Source: Escherichia phage vB_EcoS_W011D. From it: a DNA stretch of 49,847 nt. Below the pieces are notes generated by a model. That model was given only the letters and a program-made list of their open reading frames with translations. It was not told the DNA's origin and did no database searches. A program made the position numbers and the translations under genes. This document shows, in pieces, positions 44,264 to 49,847 of this stretch. The stretch is taken from the sequence record NC_054893.1. One strand, 5' to 3'. Every line of letters begins with the position of its first letter. The stretch's first letter is position 1.

Positions 44264-44265
44264 TA

Positions 44266-46956
44266 TTACCCCCTCTTACTATTAACAAAGTTATAAACCT
44301 CGCCGCCTTGCGAGCAAGACCGCTGAATCATTTCCGTGAAAATCATCTTGATTCCTGTTTCCATCCCTTTTGGATCGTTGCCGTTGTTCACGTCAACCAT
44401 GATATCACCGAAATTGAATTGAGATCCAACACCGCCAGCCGCCGCGCCGCGAGAGTATGACGAACCGCCAACACTGCCGCCGTTTGCATATCCACGCATT
44501 AAGCGGTAAAGGTTTTTGGCTCCGATTCGTTGCGTTGCCTCTTTGGTGAAAACAAACTCACCTTTATGAACCACGCCAGCCGGATCATATTTGCCACCAT
44601 CGCCAGTGTAACCGCCTCCCGCAAATCCTTTGGCTAACCCAGCAAACGAGAACGTTGCGCCGCCCATAGCGCCGGATATGGCGTTAAAAATTGCCATCTT
44701 AGCGATCATCTGCACGATCATTTTAATGATGCTCGTTGCAAAGTCTTTAAAGCTTGCTTTTCCGGTAGTCAGGAAATCAGTCATCATGCTTGATAGACCA
44801 TTCAGACCAGCGGTTGCAATTTCGTTGATGTTCGCATAAACGTTTGTTGCCTCAGCGCCATAATCGGCAAACGCCTTTTTAGCACCTGCAACCCAATTGT
44901 TTTGCAACTCGTCTTGCTTGTCGTAAAACGCTTGCTGTTTGGCTAACATATCTTGCAACGTCTGATCATCTTCCTCGCCGCCTTTTGCAACGTAATCGTC
45001 CCTTATCTTCTGCAATTCAAGCTCTCGCTGAATTTGTTGATCTGTCATGCCTTTTTGCTTGAGGTTCAATTCTTCAATCGCTGCGGTTGTCTGCCGGATG
45101 AATTCGACTGAATTTTGCTCAAGTTTGTTTTTGCGCTCCTGAATCAAAATCTGATCGCCTAACTCGGCTTTTTGCCTGGACAACTCAAGCACGCTTTGCT
45201 GTTCGGCAAGTAACTTTTTCTCCGCTGCTGTTAGTCCTCGTTTGCTCTGCGCCTCCTGCAAAATCTCGATCTGTTTTTCAACGCTCCATAGCGATTGGCG
45301 CTGGCGTGAAATTACATCGTTTACAGTTCGGTGCTCTTGCAACGTTTTCAACTGCGCTTGCAAAACGTATAGCTCTTTATCAAGCTGTTCAACAGGACTT
45401 TTGACAATTCCGCCTTTTGTCTTTGTCTTTCCTTTTTTCTCCTCCAGCTTTTTGAGATCCTCAAGCTCTTTACGGCGTAAAGCAACGTTTTCAGCCGCCT
45501 TGCGTTTTAGCTCCTTGTCGGAAGATTGAGCAACATATTTTTCATCTTCAATCGCCTTGTTTAGCGCCTCTTGCGCCGCACGCAAGCGGTTTAATGAAAG
45601 GTTTGTTTTGTCAATCTCTCCAGCACGCTTTGCAAAATCAATGTTGCTTTCTTTCACGATCTTTGCAATATCTGCGTGCGTCTGCTTCGCAATCTCAAGC
45701 CCTCTGTTAATGTGTCCCAATTCCGCATCAGCCAGGGAGCCGCCACCGCCGCCAGTTTGTGAAATGTACTGCTTTTTCTTTTTCAGCACTTCCAACCATG
45801 AATCGCCAAGCTGTAGCACTTTGTTCATGTGATCCGCGATCTCATTGTTGAGGCTCACGAAACTGGATGCGTTTTTGTACTCGTCAACTTTCGCCTTTGC
45901 TTCATCATAGCTATAACCAACGTTAACAAGTTTTTCAATGGCCTGTTGAGCGCTGTCTTTTGTGGTGATGTATGCTTTCGCGATCTCCTCTGCGCTCTTG
46001 CCGGAAGCGTCAGCCAGCGCCTGGATACCTAAAGAAATCTTTTCCGCGAATTCACCGGAAAGCCCAGTTGCATCCTGAACGGTTTTTGATACTTCGTCGA
46101 GCGCCTTTTTAGAACTGTACGCGTTGTAAGTCAGATAACCTAACGTACCAACCAGCGCCGCAAGGCTAACGTTAAACGGCGTGATGAACGTCGCCAGCGC
46201 CTTAAACATCGGAACCAGACCGCCGAAAGAATCTTTGATCTGTCCACCCTGCTGGATAGCGATTAACCAGATAGGCATACCGCCAGCAAGCGACGTTGCA
46301 ACGTCTGTGATCTGCGCCGGAAGCATTCGCATTGCCTGGCGATATTGCCCCATTGAAACGCCCAGCTTTTCAACTTCCTTTTCCTGCGCTCTCAACTGCG
46401 CGATAAATGGCGCTGCTTGCGCGCTTACGCCAAGTTGCGCCGCTTTCATTTCCGTTAGCTCGGCTTGTGTCTTTCCTGCCGCTGCCGCTTGAGCCTCAAG
46501 AGCCGCAATGAATTTCTGCGCCTCAGCCGCCGCCTTTGCTTTCTGCTTTGACTCCTCAAGCGCTGCGCGTCCCTCCTCGGTTAACGCCTTGCGGTTTGCA
46601 GCCAGCTTGTTTGTTTGAGCCTCCAGCATTTCACCCAACTGAAAAAACGTTTCATCAGGGACAATGCCTTTTTTCCATAAGGTATCAAGTTGCTTTGATG
46701 CCTGGCGCAATTTATCCATTTTTGCCGCTGTCGGATCAATTGCATTTTGGATGCTCTGAAACTCTCGGCGCTGTTTTGCTAATTCCTGCGCAAGCTCTTT
46801 GGCTCGTTGCTTTGCAACTTGCTCCTGATCAACAAAGTCCTCAACGCTTTTTGCTGCTTCATTGTTGGCCTGTTTGAATTGCTGCAAGGATTTTACGGCG
46901 TTGTTTACCTGTGAAACGTCAACGCCTAACGATAGCCCAGCGTATTGTTCCGCCAT
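44266..46956 (-). CDS. Tail tape measure protein
   Basis: 896 aa, long Ala/Lys/Glu/Gln-rich coiled-coil regions and a hydrophobic central segment; follows the frameshifted chaperone pair. Confidence 0.85.
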   Translation of the reverse strand: MAEQYAGLSLGVDVSQVNNAVKSLQQFKQANNEAAKSVEDFVDQEQVAKQRAKELAQELAKQRREFQSIQNAIDPTAAKMDKLRQASKQLDTLWKKGIVPDETFFQLGEMLEAQTNKLAANRKALTEEGRAALEESKQKAKAAAEAQKFIAALEAQAAAAGKTQAELTEMKAAQLGVSAQAAPFIAQLRAQEKEVEKLGVSMGQYRQAMRMLPAQITDVATSLAGGMPIWLIAIQQGGQIKDSFGGLVPMFKALATFITPFNVSLAALVGTLGYLTYNAYSSKKALDEVSKTVQDATGLSGEFAEKISLGIQALADASGKSAEEIAKAYITTKDSAQQAIEKLVNVGYSYDEAKAKVDEYKNASSFVSLNNEIADHMNKVLQLGDSWLEVLKKKKQYISQTGGGGGSLADAELGHINRGLEIAKQTHADIAKIVKESNIDFAKRAGEIDKTNLSLNRLRAAQEALNKAIEDEKYVAQSSDKELKRKAAENVALRRKELEDLKKLEEKKGKTKTKGGIVKSPVEQLDKELYVLQAQLKTLQEHRTVNDVISRQRQSLWSVEKQIEILQEAQSKRGLTAAEKKLLAEQQSVLELSRQKAELGDQILIQERKNKLEQNSVEFIRQTTAAIEELNLKQKGMTDQQIQRELELQKIRDDYVAKGGEEDDQTLQDMLAKQQAFYDKQDELQNNWVAGAKKAFADYGAEATNVYANINEIATAGLNGLSSMMTDFLTTGKASFKDFATSIIKMIVQMIAKMAIFNAISGAMGGATFSFAGLAKGFAGGGYTGDGGKYDPAGVVHKGEFVFTKEATQRIGAKNLYRLMRGYANGGSVGGSSYSRGAAAGGVGSQFNFGDIMVDVNNGNDPKGMETGIKMIFTEMIQRSCSQGGEVYNFVNSKRG

Positions 46957-46998
46957 GTTTATTCCTCCGATATGAAAAAAGCGCCCGTAGGCGCTTTG

Positions 46999-47439
46999 TT
47001 ATTTGCTTGCGTGCATCATTTCAAGCGCTTTGCTTTCCATTATTCGCAAGTCATTCAATGCCATTTCTTCATCGTCTATTTTATAGATTTTGAACAACAT
47101 AGGCAAAACATTGTAATCAAAGCCGTAAGCACCAGCGCCAGCGGATCGCCATTGAGTTTGCATAGCGCAAAACATATCCCATGATTGCATCATGCTTTCA
47201 TCAAATATGATCTCTGGCGGCTCCTCACCCTCATAATCTGCGCGGGTTAATCCTACGGCCTCCAATTCTGCATCAGTGGGCGGCTTCTGGTAAAACAGGT
47301 TAACCGCCCTTTTTAGTTTTTTACGCGTTGCCCTGCCAGCGCGGAAAGATAGGAACCAGTCAGCGCCAATGCTGCGCCTGGGTAAAACTCCACAAGGGTT
47401 TTTGCGTTTTCCTCGTTGAATTCCTCCTCCAGATCCCAT
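46999..47439 (-). CDS. Tail assembly chaperone, -1 frameshift extension (lambda T-like part of a G-T fusion)
   Basis: ORF in the -1 frame overlapping the 3' end of 47313-47636; slippery heptamer A-AAA-AAC just before the G-frame stop. Confidence 0.6.
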   Translation of the reverse strand: MGSGGGIQRGKRKNPCGVLPRRSIGADWFLSFRAGRATRKKLKRAVNLFYQKPPTDAELEAVGLTRADYEGEEPPEIIFDESMMQSWDMFCAMQTQWRSAGAGAYGFDYNVLPMLFKIYKIDDEEMALNDLRIMESKALEMMHASK

Positions 47440-47636
47440 CCGGTAGCCAGTTTCATGATGAATTCCGAATCGGTCACAATGTTTTCAGATTCATACATCG
47501 CTTGCACTTCTTTTGCCTTGAGGTGTCGAACGGTAAACAGGATCGAACCCTCATTACCATCAGGCATGGTGAATTTAACTGGAAGTTTGAAATCTGGAAG
47601 CGGGGCGAGTGTGAGTTTGAATTTAGCCATTGTCAT
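47313..47636 (-). CDS. Tail assembly chaperone (lambda G-like)
   Basis: 107-aa ORF between the major tail gene and tape measure gene; ends VKN-stop right at the slippery site. Confidence 0.65.
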   Translation of the reverse strand: MTMAKFKLTLAPLPDFKLPVKFTMPDGNEGSILFTVRHLKAKEVQAMYESENIVTDSEFIMKLATGWDLEEEFNEENAKTLVEFYPGAALALTGSYLSALAGQRVKN

Positions 47637-47645
47637 TTCTCCTGA

Positions 47646-47665
47646 ATAGCATTTTTTGTTAAAAT
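47646..47665 (+). promoter_or_regulatory. Conserved 20-bp box copy (ATAGCATTTTTTGTTAAAAT), plus orientation inside the leftward tail module
   Basis: Followed 18 nt later by TAGAGT; sits between the major tail gene terminator and the chaperone gene, opposite to the gene direction. Confidence 0.5.
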
Positions 47666-47699
47666 CCAGTTTGATTATTTTGGTAGAGTGATTCTACAG

Positions 47700-47725
47700 C
47701 AATAAAAAAAGGGGCGCAATGCCCC
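47700..47725 (-). terminator. Rho-independent terminator after the major tail protein gene
   Basis: GGGGCGCAATGCCCC followed by TTTTTTTATT on the minus strand. Confidence 0.65.
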
Positions 47726-47731
47726 TTGTGA

Positions 47732-48391
47732 TTAACCTTGCGCCGATGGCAAGAAAGTAAAGCGACCTTTCAGCGAGCAAGAAAGGGAAACGGTTTCCAT
47801 TTCGTTGACTGCGGTCTGTGGGATCTCGTTAAACGAGAGTACGCCAGCCCATGCGCGGATCTCTTTTGCTTTCGGAACGTACATGCGCAATGCTTTAACT
47901 TCGCCGGATTCATCAGCCTTACGCAACAGCGGATAGATCGGGTTGCCGTATTCGTGCGCGAAAGTATACGTTAGAGAAACAGCGCTCTTGTAGGTCGGTA
48001 ACTGCTGCTCCTGGTCGTCGGACAAGCACTGATAAGTGTAATACTGTTGCTCGCCTCCGTCCTGCGCCAGATCCTGGACGCATGGGATCTCAGTCCACGC
48101 GCTGATTTTAGCGATTGACGCGGTAGCGCCAGCTGGAAACACGTTTTGATCTGTGGTGTCGATTCCCTCAGCGGTAATGCTTGCGTTGTCGCTAACCTCT
48201 TTCACTCGCAGAACGCGATCAAGCAATTTACCCCAGGAGGAAACAGTTACAATGAAAATATCACCTTTAGCAAGGCCGGAAGTATCCGCAATGCTCATTA
48301 CTGGATTTTCAGCATTGGTGATCGCTGTTACTTGCTTTTCCGCCTCGCGGGTGCTTTCAATAAAAATCTGTGAACCGTTTGGAAGGTGCAT
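47732..48391 (-). CDS. Major tail protein
   Basis: 219-aa ORF followed by a terminator and then the frameshifted chaperone genes; AAGAGGA RBS. Confidence 0.65.
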   Translation of the reverse strand: MHLPNGSQIFIESTREAEKQVTAITNAENPVMSIADTSGLAKGDIFIVTVSSWGKLLDRVLRVKEVSDNASITAEGIDTTDQNVFPAGATASIAKISAWTEIPCVQDLAQDGGEQQYYTYQCLSDDQEQQLPTYKSAVSLTYTFAHEYGNPIYPLLRKADESGEVKALRMYVPKAKEIRAWAGVLSFNEIPQTAVNEMETVSLSCSLKGRFTFLPSAQG

Positions 48392-48393
48392 TT

Positions 48394-48795
48394 TTAGATC
48401 CTCTTTTCTTCAACTCTAACACTGAAACGAACCGGAACAAGCCAGCCTGTTTCACTTTTCTGAACGGGTCGAACTTCTCCGCCCTCATATATATAACCAT
48501 GCTCAAGCATTTTACCATCTTCAAAGAAATCAGCAATATTTTTTGCCAGCCTCCGCGCCTTGTCGGTTCCAGCGCCAGGGGCAAAAATGATGTTTACTTG
48601 AACAAGGCCGATGTAGGATCGGCACTTTCGATCAAGAGATAAATAATCGCTGCTCACTTCTTTATAGTGAAAAGCCAACCACGGCGAGCCGTCATTAGGT
48701 GGCACAAACTCAACGTTTTCATATGCGATCTTGAATGTGTTTTCGTATTCCTCAGCAAGCGCCTTACGCGCCGCGAGCATTAATTCATAGTGCAT
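48394..48795 (-). CDS. Tail terminator / tail completion-like protein
   Basis: 133-aa ORF immediately upstream of the major tail gene; GAGGG RBS. Confidence 0.45.
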   Translation of the reverse strand: MHYELMLAARKALAEEYENTFKIAYENVEFVPPNDGSPWLAFHYKEVSSDYLSLDRKCRSYIGLVQVNIIFAPGAGTDKARRLAKNIADFFEDGKMLEHGYIYEGGEVRPVQKSETGWLVPVRFSVRVEEKRI

Positions 48796-49225
48796 TTTTA
48801 GCCCTCGACTCTTTTATTGCTTCCGCCATGAATGATCGCAACCTTATTGCAACGATACCGACAACACCAGCGGGAGCCTGTTTAGAATGACCATACTCAA
48901 GCGCATTAGCGTAAATGAGCATGTTTGAAAAGTGGATTGACCTAACCGCGCCGCCGCCGCGCATGATTGCATAAATGGCTCGCTTGCCCTCTGCAATAGT
49001 CTGTTGCCCGTCTTTGTCGTACTGGTTGAGCGCGTACAATGGCGGCTTGTTGGCTGTTACTTGCCAGTTGCCTTTAAATCGTCCTGTATCAACTGGCGAG
49101 CCGTTTACTAGTGCCTCTTGTACCTTTCCTGCGAATATCTCAATGCAATCAGTCAGGCCGCTATCAACCGCATTAATCCACTTATCTATGTTGCCATGAA
49201 ATTGACGGATCGAATAGTTAGCCAT
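48785..49225 (-). CDS. Head-tail joining (neck) protein candidate
   Basis: Track ORF 48785-49297 trimmed to MANYSIRQ start with GGAGGA RBS; position between head and tail genes. Confidence 0.4.
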   Translation of the reverse strand: MANYSIRQFHGNIDKWINAVDSGLTDCIEIFAGKVQEALVNGSPVDTGRFKGNWQVTANKPPLYALNQYDKDGQQTIAEGKRAIYAIMRGGGAVRSIHFSNMLIYANALEYGHSKQAPAGVVGIVAIRLRSFMAEAIKESRAKNAL

Positions 49226-49589
49226 GAACCGAAATCCTCCGCATAATCGGACGGTAGGCAACTGTCGTGCTGGTTTGCCTGATTGGTCGTGCTTCAACTA
49301 TCACGTAGCGCTCGCCGTCAATATCGATCTGGTATCCGTTTTTTATTTCAACAGCATTGTTGAATACCCCCAATTTATCAGTAACGCGGATTGTTTCGCC
49401 GTCAACCTCTCGCGTGCGAGGCGAACGCACAAGACCTTTAATCTCAGTTGAAACTTCCGGCTTTTCCACCTCAACGCCGCCAACGATATCAACGCCGCCC
49501 TGTTGAATAATCAGCTTAAACACGCCATCTTTATCACTGAAAAATGCGATCCCAGCCGTAGCCATTCGCGCAATACTTGAGTAATCCAT
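49218..49589 (-). CDS. Head closure / head-tail joining protein candidate
   Basis: Track ORF trimmed to ATG start with CCGGAGGG RBS; TAATG overlap with the upstream gene. Confidence 0.4.
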   Translation of the reverse strand: MDYSSIARMATAGIAFFSDKDGVFKLIIQQGGVDIVGGVEVEKPEVSTEIKGLVRSPRTREVDGETIRVTDKLGVFNNAVEIKNGYQIDIDGERYVIVEARPIRQTSTTVAYRPIMRRISVHG

Positions 49590-49847
49590 TAACAAACCCT
49601 CCGGCGACGTAAACCAGACACAAGGCCAAAGCCGCCGCCTTTCTTCCGGTTTAATGTTTCATACATTTTGCCCCACGGTGTTTGTCGGATTTCTTTGCCG
49701 GATGAATCAGCGGAAACGCGATCAAACGTCTGTGAAAATTCACCACTCAGGGAAAATGACGCAACTCGACGGGAATATGAATCCACGCTCTCACCTTCCT
49801 GTTTCATAGCGCCGTCAAGCGTCATAAGGTGCAACGTATAGAGCGCA
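49589..49847 (-). CDS. Head-tail adaptor-like protein spanning the window ends (true gene is about 139 aa; N-terminal part at 82-242)
   Basis: Track ORF 49589-49834 starts at the window edge; in the circular genome the same frame extends upstream to an ATG near 242 with GGAGGAAG RBS. Confidence 0.45.
   Translation of the reverse strand, partial: ALYTLHLMTLDGAMKQEGESVDSYSRRVASFSLSGEFSQTFDRVSADSSGKEIRQTPWGKMYETLNRKKGGGFGLVSGLRRRRVC

Noticed and set aside
45242-46877. Several plus-strand ORFs (90-113 aa) inside the tape measure gene
   Set aside because: All lie antisense to a long, well-supported gene and translate to low-complexity Cys/Ser/Ala-rich strings; no start context.
1-49847. Lysogeny module (integrase, CI-like repressor, attP)
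   Set aside because: No tyrosine or serine recombinase-like ORF, no repressor/Cro pair and no tRNA-adjacent attachment site was found; the gene content matches a virulent T1-like phage.
1-49847. tRNA genes and CRISPR arrays
   Set aside because: No GTTCGAATC-type T-arm with acceptor context and no regularly spaced direct repeats were found; the repeated 20-bp box is irregularly spaced and always intergenic, unlike a CRISPR array.

Overview
This window is a complete, circularly closed genome of a virulent T1-like siphovirus (Drexlerviridae-type gene order). Positions 1-81 are repeated exactly at 49767-49847, so the unique length is 49,766 bp and one head-tail gene runs across the artificial ends. 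Leftward (minus) late block: small and large terminase, portal, head morphogenesis protein, scaffold, two paralogous decoration-like proteins, major capsid protein, head-tail joining genes, major tail protein, frameshifted tail chaperone, tape measure, lambda-like M/L/K/I/J tail tip genes and two AT-rich genes after J. Leftward early block (16.9 kb down to 8.4 kb): about 30 small genes including a split kinase / HAD-phosphatase pair, a lipoprotein and several micro-ORFs. Rightward early block (17.6-23.5 kb): small proteins, a Dcm-like methyltransferase and a large ATPase. Then a lysis cassette (holin, endolysin, unimolecular spanin), an HTH-phosphoesterase, Dam-like methyltransferase, VRR-NUC nuclease and SF2 helicase (leftward); an HTH regulator, primase and a side tail fibre with a C-terminal self-cleaving chaperone domain (rightward); and a leftward recombination module (exonuclease, Erf-like annealase, SSB). 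No integrase, repressor, tRNA, CRISPR array or phage RNA polymerase was seen. The most interesting features are non-coding: a 20-bp box present in at least 20 intergenic copies with a fixed downstream architecture, two homologous AT-rich elements in the two large intergenic regions, and micro-ORFs below the 60-aa track cut-off. All calls are from reading the sequence and the ORF track; no database search was run. Hand-derived coordinates (small ORFs, motifs, hairpins) may be off by 1-2 nt, and at least two track ORF starts did not match my manual reading of the printed bases.
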